A DNA stretch of 64,000 bases from Haplodiscus bocki (Eukaryota). The notes under the pieces were generated by a model. That model saw only the letters and a list, made by a program, of their open reading frames with translations. It had not been told where the DNA came from and ran no database searches. Within the stretch, counting starts at the first letter, position 1; every line of letters starts with the position of its first letter. Positions 1 through 13,300 of the stretch are shown in pieces. The stretch lies in contig OZ296652.1 in assembly GCA_965655095.1 (NCBI GenBank), positions 63,240,001 through 63,304,000 on the forward strand. Reading direction: 5' to 3'. The position numbers were made by a program, and so were the translations under genes.

Positions 1-1200
1 CTTTTTGTTGGAAAATTCCATGCTGACAGGTTCGGCTAAACATAATTGGCTGGCACGTTAAGACTTGAGTTTGGTTTGGAAGTGGCTATTTGTTGAGCCA
101 TCAATGACAAAGGATCAGGATTTGTTGGTTCTGCTAGCGGTTGAGTCGCATTCGGTTGAACGGAGTTTTGGTCTTCGTTTATTGAGGGCTGATTAGATTT
201 AGTCAGAATAGGAACAGCAACGAAATGCTGAGGAGTGTTAGGTCTATCAATTTCAGTCGCAACGTTGGAACGAAACCCCTATAAAGACCTTGGGCGCGTT
301 TCGCTTTCTAATCTGGGGTCCTGCAGCTGAGGTTGATTTGCGACTGCGGTTGAGGCGTTAATGACCCAGTTAGTCAATTATACAGCTTTAAAACTTTAAC
401 TGTTCGCACTAGGTTCACACAATGCATCTTGCAGGGATTGGCTGGCCTTAGTGACGTTTTCGGCTAGTTCGAATTTAGTCAATGTTGCTTCCGCCAGTTT
501 CCTTCTAAAATCATCCTCCAGTTCAGCAAGCATCAACGTTTGTTCTTTTCTGATTCGGTCTTCTTCTTGCTCTAGACGCTGTTTTACCAGTGTGAGTCGA
601 TGGTGGTCAAGTTCGTGATTCTGTTGAGCCACGCGAAACATGCTTTCGTGCTGTCGTTCAATCTCCTCGCGACGCCGTTTTGGAAGGAGAGGGTCCCTGC
701 GTCGCTGACTAGATGTCTTTGAAATACGGGAAGGAGACGTTTTGGAAGTTTGAGATACAGACGTGGCTTTCGGAGTGGTTTTAACGGAAGACTGAGAAGT
801 GTTATCCGTTTCAGGAAGGCCATCGATTAACTCAAGAGCCTTTTTTATAACTTCCTAGTTTTTCGCAGTCACTTCGCTCAACCAGCTTTCCCAATCACTT
901 TTCAATGCTTCGGGTTCTGCAGTTTTATCTGCCAAAAAGTACAGTTGTTCGTTTGCACCAAATCGTTGGTCATTGCTTCTTCACACAATTTATTCAAACG
1001 TTTAACTCGTACCTTCCCTTCTTCGTTATCTACAGCTTCTTTTAACTGTGGCAGGTACTTTTCTAACTCGCCCTCCATTTCCGCACAGCTTTCATTTTTT
1101 TTAACTTTTTCGTGTCGTGAATCAGGCATTTTCAAACTAAGCGTCGGTTTTTTCGATGTTTTAGGGGATGCTGTCATTTCAAGTAAAGGTGGCAAAACAA
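1..1200 (-). pseudogene. Decayed 5' part of a retrotransposon gag, BEL/Pao-like
   Basis: Broken minus-strand ORFs (902-1195, 584-823, 396-641) give a helical N-terminus, a Ser/Lys-rich linker and a coiled coil (REEIERQH...LAELEDDFRRKLAEATLTKFEL), then a Ser/Pro-rich region. This resembles BEL/Pao Gag N-termini. No catalytic motif lies inside the window. Confidence 0.4.
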
Positions 1201-3070
1201 ATAGAAGTGAATTTTTGTTTAATTTTGTTTTTTGTTTTGTTGTACGTAGTTACGAGCTACCAGGGTTTTTTCGAAGACCGCGTTACGTAAAAAGAAGTTT
1301 TCCAAGGCCTTAGGAATTCAACCAGTCAGCGAAGACCGGACACTATCACTGAGGCGAACGGAAAATGGGGGGGGGTTTACTTTTCAAGGTATCAACCTGA
1401 CATTCGAAGTCTAGACATAACGTGAAAAAGTGGTTCAACCTGTTAAGAAACCAACCAATCAATGAATTTTAGACCCAAATGCATCCGCGGAATAAAAGCG
1501 GGGGTTCACGAAAGCAAAGTGGCAATCGTTTTCTTTTGAGCGTTTCTGCCACGCTTACTAGGTCGTTTCCGCCAGCTTTTAGCAGTATGAGGAAAATACA
1601 CTCTCTTTCCGTTAAAAAATCGAAATGCTTGAATTCAATCTCAAGGTTTTGATATATTATTTTCAAGTGGTTCAAAGGATTGGGATTATTTTGCTTTCTA
1701 GCGGAATATCACTTAAAATGCTGAATACTTGAATAGAATGGCTTTTTCTCAATTTTTTAAGTTAATCAAACTTTTCGGGTGTACGGTCACGCTGGCTATA
1801 CACAAGAGCACGGAGCTTGTCTTGAAATTTCAATGCGTTCATCAGATCTGGTACTGATAGTGGTCGATAATTTTTACTTTTTGTCTACAAATGTTATTAT
1901 TCAACACAACGCGCCAAACAACAATCACGATTTTATCATTCAGATCTTTCGAAAAGTAAATTCTGCACAATTTTTGCCGGATTTTTTGCGTGAGGATTAA
2001 GATTTAGGCCCGGGATAGCGTAAAATTTTGTCTTTGTACTTTGATTGTTAATCAGAATTCAACGCATCTGTCGCATGATGAACAGAACTTGCAACTAAGA
2101 TGTACACCATGAAAACTTTTCGTCGATTTTCGTGCAAAAACGTGATTGATAAGATAATTCCGGGCTTCAGAGTAAACGACGGGATACTGGGAAAATATCA
2201 CGGTGTGTGAAAAAAATGTGGAATTTTCGAAAACACTTTTGAGAAATTCCTAAAAAGTCTTGCTATCGAAAATTTAAAATTTGAGACGTCAAAGATTTAA
2301 AGTTCAATTATAATCAAACCGCTTCTACAATCTTTTTGCCGTATTTTTGGGTTCCCATTTGTCCAATTGCTTTTCCATTTGTATCACAAGCATAAAAACT
2401 GCACTTAAAAAACACGGGTGGTAAGTTCACCAAGAGTACCCAGAGCCAAGCCCACAGCCAAATGTCTGTAATTAGCAAGCCTGCCATCTCGAAAATTGGG
2501 GAGTTCGCTGTCAATATGATTACATGTTCTGTTTTGTATGATGCGGATTGCTCGGTTGGTAAAAGTTGAAAAAACACCTTTTTGAAGTTACAGAACGGAT
2601 TTGACACCCATTGCCATTTGTTTTCTTCTCAAATTGTGACGTATCAGGGCGCAAGTCTTCTAATTCAACTGGGGGAGAATTCTTCGGGTTTGTGCTGTTC
2701 TGAATTAATGAATTTGTCTGTATGCTGATGAACTTTTCTGCCAGATAGAATATCCTCGAATGCTTGAGTGGCCCAGCAGCCTCTCTATGGCCACCAAGAA
2801 ATGCTGCAATATCTTCAGCTTCTTACAGCTCATTTTGAGGAACGGTTTCTGAATATTAATCGATTCAGTGTGTATTTGAGCTCGGTTCTGCCCCGAATGA
2901 CGGTTTTTTTCAATACAACAAAATTCGATCAAATAGCAAAAGAACAAATATCCATTTAACAATATTTGTAAACAATACATTCCAATCGATAGCTAGACAT
3001 TTTCAAGGTTATCATATCGAAAATCGAATGTTATTTGAGATTTTTAGAAAACGAAGTTATTTTGACATAA

Positions 3071-3133
3071 TAGGGATGCGAACCTCGACCCTGAGAATCT
3101 CAGACCAACACTCTACCTTTAAAGCATCATTCC
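3071..3133 (-). pseudogene. Degenerate tRNA-like sequence (tRNA pseudogene or SINE head)
   Basis: Minus strand reads GGAATGATGCTTTAAAGGTAGAGTG...GGTCGAGGTTCGCATCCCT, with an A-box-like GGTAGAG and a B-box-like GGTTCGCATCC at tRNA-like spacing. The stems pair poorly. Confidence 0.3.
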
Positions 3134-4195
3134 TCGTAAAGTTACATATTTCTCTGGTATATATTTTTTCGCAACAACTTGCATGTTTGAAGAATTGATA
3201 TGTGTTTTGACTTTCATCGATGTCTTCGAGATTTGCTTGTTTAGATTGGATAGATCATTCAGAACAAGATGACAAACAGTGAGGACACTTCAAGACAATC
3301 TCAATGGAGGGTTTAGTGTTAAACTCTACGCAGGCGTTTATGCTAATGCTTTGGTATTGTCGAAACTTTCAACCTTGTTTACTGGTGACATTCATTGAAC
3401 GGCAGAGATAAAATTACCCATCATCTAATGGATAGTCAGACACGTTTGCTACCACATTCAAGCTCTTGATGCTTTGTATAAAATAAAACCTACTAAAATT
3501 GATACACGTTCTCAACACTAAGGTATAATTCCTTCATCTCAGCATTTAGTTCATGCAAATATATAAAAATTTATGCAAAAATAAATATTCCAAAACTCGC
3601 AGTCAAATCATAATTTCCTGCTCTATAAGTTCTGCACTTGGTGAGCATGTCATGAGACAATTCAACTTCAAGTGGTTTTTAGTATAAAACAAAGTTTTAA
3701 ATTGCGGAATCTTGCTGAATGTGAATTGTGAGTTAACGTCAGCTGGAGTTGCATTTTTTAGCTACTTTTCTTACGTAAAAATAGATGTAAATAAAAATGA
3801 TAGTCGGATGTGAAGTGAGTTTGTTAGAACGCAGAGATCGTCAAGGCAAACTGATGGAGCCACAAAGTACAGGCAATGTATGAAGCAGACATCTTTTTTC
3901 ATCGTTCGTTTGTTCCTTCAAACGACGAATTTAGACCAATTCACATCAATTTCTGTGGTTAATGATGTGAACCGATGTTCAAGTGTGTTGCACTTTCAAT
4001 TTCAATCAATGACACATTGTTTTATATCCCTTTTGCTGTGACTGATGATCGTGTACGTTGTCTTTCGAACTTCGTTGGATGGGACTTCATTTCATATCGA
4101 TTTTTTAGTGAAGGATGTATTCTCATGTCGATGTATTCAGCCAGTTTGAAATCTTTCAATGGAACAGCATTTTAATTGACTTTCAGTCCGCGTGC

Positions 4196-4618
4196 TTTAT
4201 TTTGACGTAAGTAGTGTGCAAAACAGAATATGACGCCAAAAGCCGCGGACGCACACTTCAACAAAAATAAGAATCTAAAAATACATAGCAGATCCCTACA
4301 CAGCGGTATAAGTATAAAAAAAAATAAAATAAAAAGCAACAACTTATCAATGAGGTAGCACAGCCTATAATAAAAATTAAGTGAAACTGTAAAAGTGGGT
4401 GAAAATAGAAATTTATGTTAAATTATAAAATTTTGTTAAATATTAATATATCAATGATGTGTCTGAATAATATAGAAAAAAATATAAAATATACAAACAA
4501 CTTGTGTAGGATAACTCTGCTATGTATTTTTTAAATTTCTATTTTTCATTGAAGTGTCCGCTCTTTGCCTTCTGACGTCATATTTTGTTTTGCACACTAC
4601 TAGTCGTGAAATAATAAA
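4196..4618. mobile_element. MITE-like element with ~100-bp imperfect terminal inverted repeats
   Basis: GTAGTGTGCAAAACAGAATATGACG...AATACATAGCAGA...CCTACACA (4211-4301) is the approximate reverse complement of TGTGTAGG...TCTGCTATGTATT...CGTCATATTTTGTTTTGCACACTAC (4503-4600). The core is AT-rich and non-coding. Outer limits are approximate. Confidence 0.7.
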
Positions 4619-5222
4619 ATCATGTTGAATTACAAATAAAAATGAATTTATATAAAAATTTTAAATTACAAAATTAGGTGGAATTTTGAAATTACATACA
4701 ATTTTTAGTTTAAAAGATTGAACCATTTCTGACATGCAAAACGAAAAAGATTTTCCACATCATTGCACAAATTTTCTGCATACTTTCAATTTTGTGATAT
4801 TACCATTAAGAACTGTCTATGACACATCGGTATTAGAATTTTCAGATAATAACTTATGTTTATGTATCATAAACGCGAATAAAATTTTATTGTTAGTTTG
4901 TTTAATTGATTAAATATGAAACCAATATGTCTAGCATTCTTTAAGTTTTTTAAAAAATCATTTGAATTCATGCTTCTAGCACTATTTGTCAAATTATTTA
5001 TTTCAATATCAGTGATATTTGTAAGTTTATTATCATAGAAACATTCATAATTGATATTATGAATTTAATTGATATGACAGTCTTTGAAACAACTATCTAC
5101 TATAGAATCTATTTCCGGAATGAGTGGGTTATCACATAAATAATCTTTTACAACATATAATTTGTTTTCATTCATTTATTAGTAACGAAATATTTGAAAT
5201 AAAAAAATCTTTTCGAAAAAAT

Positions 5223-5422
5223 NNNNNNNNNNNNNNNNNNNNNNNNNNNNNNNNNNNNNNNNNNNNNNNNNNNNNNNNNNNNNNNNNNNNNNNNNNNNNN
5301 NNNNNNNNNNNNNNNNNNNNNNNNNNNNNNNNNNNNNNNNNNNNNNNNNNNNNNNNNNNNNNNNNNNNNNNNNNNNNNNNNNNNNNNNNNNNNNNNNNNN
5401 NNNNNNNNNNNNNNNNNNNNNN
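5223..5422. other. Assembly gap (200 N)
   Basis: Run of N; it hides the start of the element B 5' LTR. Confidence 1.
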
Positions 5423-6723
5423 AATTGACAATGTCAATAAGTCTGACTGTAATTATAGAAGTTGACTTTACAAGTGAAGATTTGTTCCGCACGCGTTCCG
5501 TCGCTAGCAACCTGGTGAAGTCATTAGACTTTAATGCAATGCGTTGTGCTACCATACTGTATCACTTTTGCCAATCATGGAACGGTTCCCTAGCCATCCA
5601 TTTCATTCTTAGCGGTCGCGTTGCAACGAGCAGCGCTACAGGAGTCTAGGTGGCTGTTCCGGAACGCTCTGGCCTAAATGAGGAGCCAGCTAGTAGCAAT
5701 ATGGAATGAACTAGGGGAACGCTCAGTTTTGCTCCCGAAAGCGTATGTTAACGATGCAATAATATTTCAGACATGTAGTCATGACTTCTCCTTTTTTTAT
5801 TCTCTTATAATTTTCTTTTTTTTTGTTTAACATTACGGACTTTCTTTGATCCATTAAATCCTTTGATACATTAAATATACTACTGATTTTTGTGTCGAGG
5901 CGGGAATATGCACTTTGATGTCCATTTTTGACGGATTAGGCCCGTACTGGTTCGTCAAAAGATCGAGAAGACGAAGCCTATCAAGAGAAAGATGAATGCA
6001 GAGTTGTTTACTTCCAGCCAGAGCCGGCGTTTTTTTTCACATATTATGATATTATGATTGAAGTACTTTTTCCTTTTTGTATCCTGACTTAGCGTGTAAA
6101 CAACTATGTTTCCCGCCAAAGAAAAGGTGTAAATAGAAGAAACGAAAACACTATTTTATAATTTTCTGTACTGCGGTAACAATCGATCGTCTTTCATATC
6201 TCATTTCCCTATGGTTAAAACATTTTTTTTCTTAAAAGACAGAAAAATTACATCCGGTGAAAAATTCATTTCTAAATAAAACTATGTCAGTCCGCACAAC
6301 AAATGAGCTGTTTTCTCTTCCAAAGTTATGGCGATGCTAAGGAACAAGCGAAAGTTAGCAGCCGTTTCAAAGGAAAAAGCGGAAAGTGCTAGGAACAGCC
6401 AGTTGCAGAAAACGTTAATTCCGGGAATGACTGAAGAATACATCGCCCATGTTTGAGAAGGAATGGAAGGCAGTGTCACCCAAAAACTGACCAAGGAAAA
6501 AAATCACGTATTTTGGCTGCTCTGTCCAAACTTAACGAATAACTTCTGAACCCGCGAGTACGGACATGCTCTGAGACTGTTCCGGGAACATCCTGGAACC
6601 ATGACTCCGAAAACGGGGAACTCACTGGGGATCGTTCCCAGATTGATCCCTACACCGAAATGGAAACCTCTACTCGTCGAACCTGCATCTCAGCTGACTC
6701 ATACCTGGAGGAGAGCTCGCACA
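5423..6723 (+). repeat. Element B 5' LTR (5' end lost in gap)
   Basis: Shares blocks with 15124-16766 and 52600-53565, e.g. GCGGGAATAnnCACTTTGATGTCCA at ~5899, ~15956 and ~53451. Ends ...GCACA before TGGTGA at 6724. Confidence 0.7.
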
Positions 6724-7495
6724 TGGTGATACGAACTCAAGAACAGATTATCTATCGCCTCCACATGGTGACAGGAGCTCAAGAAAAGATTCCTTTTTGG
6801 TCCTCAGGGACTTCTTCAGGAAAACAAAAGAAGGCGCGCGCCACAATTCAGCTATAGTTTCGCCATCAGAACACCCCTGCGTCAATTGAAGCAAACCAAA
6901 ATTTGTTGGCTCTTCAACAATTTGCGAGCAACAGTAACTCAGCCATATTCAATAGGAAAACTAAAGGAATCTCAAAACTGCCCGAATCCCTTACAAAAAA
7001 ATGCCCACCTTCGACCGGAAGTCAGAAAAAAATGAACTGTTTGAAAATCTCTTCGAACCAAATTTTGAAAATTGACAACCAACTCACGGAAGAAGACAAA
7101 TAAAACTGTTTCCACTCTCTAATGCAGGGTGGTGCCTTGCAGGCGTTCCAAATTATCACCAGCCCAAGCAGAAATTTTGGCAGAAATTCTCACAGTGTTC
7201 CGTAGAAAACACGTAGAACCCCAGTCAATAGCTTCGGTGAAGTACAAATCTTAGCGTTTTGCTGTTTAATCTAGCGAACAAGAAGGTAACTGGTTAGTTG
7301 GTTGAAATACAGAAACTAGCAAAAGACGCATCCAGAATTGCGGCTCAGGCGACCATAAATTATTTCAGATATACCAAGATGCTTCCACAAGTGAAGAAAC
7401 CAATCAAGCAGTCTCTTTTGGAGAATGGCACATATGAACAGATTGTGTCGCATCCTGAACGTGATTTACAGTTGAAAAGTTTAAAGGATGACTGA
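6328..7495 (+). pseudogene. gag: Element B gag (decayed; starts inside the LTR)
   Basis: MAMLRNKRKLAAVSKE... through HMVIRTQEQ, HMVTGAQEK and ...ENGTYEQIVSHPERDLQL, with multiple stops and frameshifts. Homologous to element A Gag. Confidence 0.75.
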
Positions 7496-10040
7496 GAAGC
7501 CTAAACCATTCTACAAACTACACAAAGCAGAGACATCAATGAACATAACATCAGAAATTAAAGCGATGTTTGATGGAATAGACGATGCACTCAATGAAGC
7601 TTGCGAACATGCATTAAAACCACCCATCCCTGGAAACATTTTGTTCTCTAATGGAAGGAATTTTCAGAAGCGCTGGTTATGCCCTCCTAATTGAAGAGAA
7701 ACCCGACAACAAAATCCAGTCTAAGCGGAAAATTTACGCCCCCGTGGTGTTTAGATCAATTTTTTCCCAGCTCGATTCAAAGTGTCAAAATCTTCGATAT
7801 ACTTTTTCGCAATTCACAGGGCAGTCCTCGAGTTCGCACATTATGCTGCCGAACAACGAAGCCAGCAATCGTATCAACAAATAGCAACTTTGACTCGAAC
7901 GGTCAGGCATATTTTTTTCAAAGTATATCCATTCCACCGTCATTGTGGAACGCATGTGATTGTGTGTTGCAATACAACTTTAAAATGGCACCGGTTTCGG
8001 GTTCAGTCAACACAGCAGCCGATATTGTCACCTGACTGGAACTGAAAGTTACTGAGAAGATCTCTTTCAAACTCCAGCAGGAGACACCAATAACAGCAAG
8101 GGGTGTGACAGCATCTTCCTTGGATGTCGCTGATGAAGAACAGTTCTTCTTCCTACAAGCAGGCTTCGAGAATGGGTCCGAAAAAAGACCCTTGAGAGAA
8201 AGGAGCTGTCCTGGCAAGCTGCAGAGATTGAATAGCAAGCGAGGAGTGAAACTCACTAAAAACCAGAATCAACGACTTCAGAGATAACGACCAGAACACT
8301 ACGTCTACGTTGTATTTCATGAGCGGGGTCAAAGCAAACGCACAAATACGAGTGGTGCCAATACTTGACTTAACACCGAAGAGCACGAGATTGAAATTAA
8401 TGGGTCAACCATACGACGAATTGCTAATGTCATCAAATAGCAGACACAAGCTTTATAAAGCAAAAAACGATCGCATCACACTCAAAGGTGGCCCATCATT
8501 CCAGAATTGGCACAAAGAAACAGTTGATGTCAAATATCAGAATTTTTCCATACTAAAACACTTTGTGAATGAGGTGCTCCGGCACCTACCCGGAGAATCT
8601 GGTAGACATCCGGGCATCGGAAGAAGCATAATTGCCTATCGCAGAAAATTTTATTTCCAAAAACGACACAGCTAATCGGAAAGTGGGTCAAGCCTGTGAG
8701 CAAAGTTAGAGCAAGTCAAGAATCGACAGCAGACTCAGCCGCCCACCCCTGCAAAACCCTAGTGAACACATCACGGGACCAGAAGCTGCCATGCAGATTG
8801 ACTTGGTTCCGGAACTACCTGCGACAAGTGGCTATGAAAACATTGTGACAGTCATGCACGTGCCCCCCAGATGCTCGTTTGCTTAACTTGATGCCAGCAA
8901 AGATGCCAAAACGACTTTCCGAGTCCGAGTTAATACCCTGACTAAGCACGCTTACTTGCCAACAACGATCATTTCCAACGAGGGATCAGCTTTCCTTCCA
9001 CAAACGATCAAGAAAGTAGCTGACGTTCTAGGGATCACTTTGGAACATGCCACGACAAAAAATGCGCAAGCAATCGAATGCTTGAAGGGACGCATGCGTC
9101 CTTGAAGAAAGCACTAAAGGTTGAAACAGTTGGAAGATGGTCAGCGTGGCCAAAGTATGTCAACATTGCAGTCCTCAGTTACAACACGTCCAGTCACCTG
9201 AGCATTAGTTGTGAACGTAGCCGAATGTTAAATGGACGGGTTTCCCACAATGATTTGATTTGAAGGTGGTTTTCGTCCGCAGAAACCACCCATATCAAAC
9301 ACGCATTTTGCCAAAACGTACTTGAACAAACATGAAAGATCTCCCACGACTTCCGCAAAAAGTGTTATTTACACTAACATCGAGTAAAACACCTACTACG
9401 ATAAGAAATTAAAAACTTTCAAGCTTAAAGTGTCGGAAAGTGCTTATGTGTTATGTGCTACAGTCAAAAGCAGATTCCCTTGGCAATGAAATTGCTTTCA
9501 CAGAATTCCGATGGCCTGGTCCCTCCATTGGTAAAATAGCAGTAGCAAAAGGCAAATACTTGGTACACAAAATCAGAACCGACAAAAGGCAGTTTCTACA
9601 TTGAATGACTGCGACTAGTCACTCCTAGAGACCCCGTACCCAACGAACAGACTACGTCACAGGGTTGAAAAACTCACCCTCAAATTAACAATCAAGCGTG
9701 AGGACCTGTACGCCAGAGCACGGGAGCTTGAAATTGAAAAACACAATTTCGACAAGAATCAAGATGAACGGAGCCTATCCAACCCACAAGAAGCGACGAT
9801 AGAATTTGACCAGATTAGGCCGAGATGTGCAGCACACCATGAAAAAACGTGAAAGTTTCCCAGAAATTCCGACCACCAAAACAGACGGATTGTTTGACGG
9901 AGCGGAGGAATATCACAACAAAAGCCTCGACGTGGAAACGAGTTGAGTGCAACCAAACCAACCTATAGTAATCCACGCAGTGAAAAATGTGACCTAGGTC
10001 ACAATCCGAAACCGAATTGCAACGACTATTACAGAAAATT
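7488..10040 (+). pseudogene. pol: Element B pol remnant (RT thumb, RNase H, integrase); protease and RT core deleted
   Basis: Fragments KPFYKL...ALNEAC, NTAADI, HLPGESGRHPGI (integrase Zn region), QIDLVPELP, LEGTHASLKKAL and C-terminal LGHNPKPNCNDYYR are collinear with element A pol. Confidence 0.8.
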
Positions 10041-10399
10041 TTATCTTTCCTAGTATGTTCGACGGAGCATATACGCATACCGCGTACTTTCCGGAGAAGT
10101 CCTTGGAACGTGTTACAGAACTGATACGGTTCAACTATTGGTTTCTCGTTTTAATGTGTGGACAATTCTTGGCGACTGTGTTATTCACGACTCACTGCAA
10201 GCTACATTAGGAACACGTTCGCCAATACTGAATTCAGACTGAAGTACACTGGAAATGCCAAATTCAGACAATTTTACTCTGAACTAATCATGATGAAAGT
10301 GTGTACAAAAATTCAGTTGACAATTATTTGCACCGTTTGATGGCAAGGCGGGTTTTCTCATGGCAAAACCATCTAGGAAATTGTCGCGGCATGTTTGTC

Positions 10400-13300
10400 C
10401 TGCCTTTTCCTTCTTGGTGTACTAAGGGAAGGCTTAGACTCTAATACGACAACAAAGCTGGGGTCATCGTCCAAAGACCTTTTCTGGGCGTCATGTCAGT
10501 ACTCAGAACTTCGAATTTTTGGGGCAATTTCGTGGGCTGCGCGTTAACTTCCTTTTCATTTTGTCTTGGGATCTTATTAGGCCCTACAAATCAAGAGCGA
10601 GAACACTGAGGGGTATATTTTCAACAAGTCCTTCCTCACCTAGATTAGAGATCCGTACCCCCGTCCATGCTGCTGTTTGGGCCGCAGTTTTGGGAAGTTT
10701 GGTACCATCTTTCACTAGAATCCTTCGCGGCTCAGCGGCGAAAATTAGTTTGAACCCAGCAAGCACGTAAATCAACCGTGACCTGATACGTGGATGCTGT
10801 CTTGTCATGGCACTACGGAGCATTCTCATCATTTGTGGTAAAACTGTCAGCAATGGGAACAGATTTTGAGAAAGCGGAAATACAAAAATCCGAAAAACAG
10901 TTCTTCTCTGTGGAGTGCGGCCGCATTTCGTTGTATGAAATGGCTTTCTGATCCAGATTGAATAGGAATAACTCGCCACAAGTCACTGGCCCATGGACTA
11001 GAAGTGTTGTTAACTAGAACATCTGAAGCAAAACAAGAATGAGTCAATAAAATGCAAACCTGTACCCTACATGATTGGATCCAATACAAACTGTATACAA
11101 GTGGCGCCCGGCACGAAAATCAGTCTGCGAGGAACAGTACGACAGGACGTTCTCTATGTCAGGGCGACTCCTCATTCAGGTCCGCCACAGCTGCCAGCGT
11201 TCTTGCTCGAACGACTGGAACTCGGGCCTGCAAGCTTCCATTTCACTGCCCACGATCCTCCCCTTCTCCAGAAGGCCATCCCATACCTTGCCAAAAGCTG
11301 AAGAGGAGCAAGGTCATCCCCACCGGTCAGAATCGACCGGTCGAAACAGGTCTTTCCCTGGACCACAAGAGATCGGGCAGCCCTGGTGGAAAGTCCCGCT
11401 ATCGAAATCTCTCCAAGAAAACGATGGCATCAAACCGGAAGTCGCTCTTGGAAAAATAGCTCCCAAATTTGACAAGAGGTACCATCGCCTGAGTTCTTGA
11501 GAGAATGTTTCCTCTTCAAAAGCGGTAATTTGGATGAGTAGGAGCAACAAATGCTTCCCGCTGCTCAATGTCTTCTGCAACAGACAGTTGATGAAACGAG
11601 CCAATTCACCAACCGCGTAATACCCTATTTTGATATACAGTGAGCTTGAACGAAGATATTGGCAAGAGAAACAAAAGTACACCTAGCAGACTTGGAACAA
11701 ACAAGGATATTACCTAGGATCTCGACGGCCCTTCTCATTCATATCGGAAACTATCAGAGGCTACATTCAAATAGTTTAGTCATGAAAGTAACGATATTGG
11801 GCAATGTCAACCCTTCATGACGATATGTGTACTGGGGGCAAGATGAGAGGCCAGCCAGTTCTGAATCTCAGCTCCTTTCCGTTTATCAGAGAAAAACTCC
11901 ATCATCGAGAAAGGTTGGTAACTGCCAAAAATACTTGAAGCAGTCCCATTCAAGCACCACTTCAAAAAGAGCCGGTCATAGACAGGAGACTCAACCAACT
12001 TTTGTCGGTAGTCACTACTCGAGTTGCTGTTGAACGCATTCTCAAGCACAAAAAAGCTGACTTTAAGTGCCGGAAAAGACACAATAGGCCCGATGTCATC
12101 CACAATCCCAGACGAAGCAGTAAATTTTTGATGCGGTTCACTGCTGTAGCGATCATCACTCCATCTCGCATACCAAATTTAACGCTATAGCTTCCGTGAA
12201 AGTTTGTCCAGCTTACTGCATCTGAAAGGATGCGGGGGTACATCTTGTTGAGAATAACAGAGTAAAAAACCTAACATCGATAAATTGACACATACTGCTA
12301 TGTAAAATTACGCACCTGTTGCTGCACTCACCAGAACTTCATCACGTGACCACATCCCGTCGACATCCAGCCGCCCAGCAGACAAAATAACTGCGTCCAG
12401 AATTGATAAACCAGTTCATAGCTTCAATCCAGTCGCTATACCTTGATTAACGAGGAAACTTTGGCCATCACAGCAAGATTTTCTATCAACAGCACCAGAG
12501 TTATCCCCTTTTATATCTTAGGAGAATGGGTAAACCCTGTTCCTGACAACCAAAAGAGCCCCTGAAATCCAATCGCACTGTCGCTCTAACTCCTCATCAC
12601 CAAATGTTTTGCCCTCAAAATCTAACAAGCACTAACCAGGTGTTTCCATTTTTAATCGCTGGTCACGGAAAAAGTGAGACGCCCTCAGAATGAGGCAAAA
12701 TCGCATAAGATCATGAGGACCGTATTTGAGAGCAGACACGTTTTTGCGACACACACGACGTTCAAGCTTTCTAGCTGCATCCGTTGCGCAAGTAACAAAA
12801 AAACGGCTTTTTGCGTCCGACCTCCACACCTTCTTCATCTCGTTGGTCCGCTTGGAACGAATTCAAATCTCCTTCGTGGCTGACTGGCCTCTGTCTTATA
12901 ACCGCTCGTGTCAGGTGTGCCCGTTGCTCGAGGAATAGTATGTGATGGTCCCTTCACCACACAACTCAGCACGTCATCTTTTTCTTCAAAACAACTAAAA
13001 ATACAATGAAGACGAGAGAGGCACAAACGTGGAAAACACGGAAACATTACTTAGTAGTTCTGATCGGTTCTGGGATTCGCGCTTTCTATTCAACGCAAAT
13101 GGATCGGCACAACGCAACGAGTTGATAACCAATCGTTTCGATGGGCGTTATAGCAGAGTCAGCAGCAAAATCATCCGAAGCAAAGGTTACGGAAATGAGG
13201 AACCGCCATGGATGGAAACTGAAAAGATCCTCAATTGAAACAACACATACCATCGTCGAAAGCATGCTCTAGCATTTTTTGGCTGCGTTCGTGGCATCCC

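Noticed and set aside
2314-2980. Possible host exons on the minus strand (hydrophobic 97-aa and 91-aa ORFs)
   Set aside because: No recognisable domain and no consistent splice structure could be established by eye.
5124-5555. ORFs containing long X runs
   Set aside because: Artefacts of the 200-N gap.
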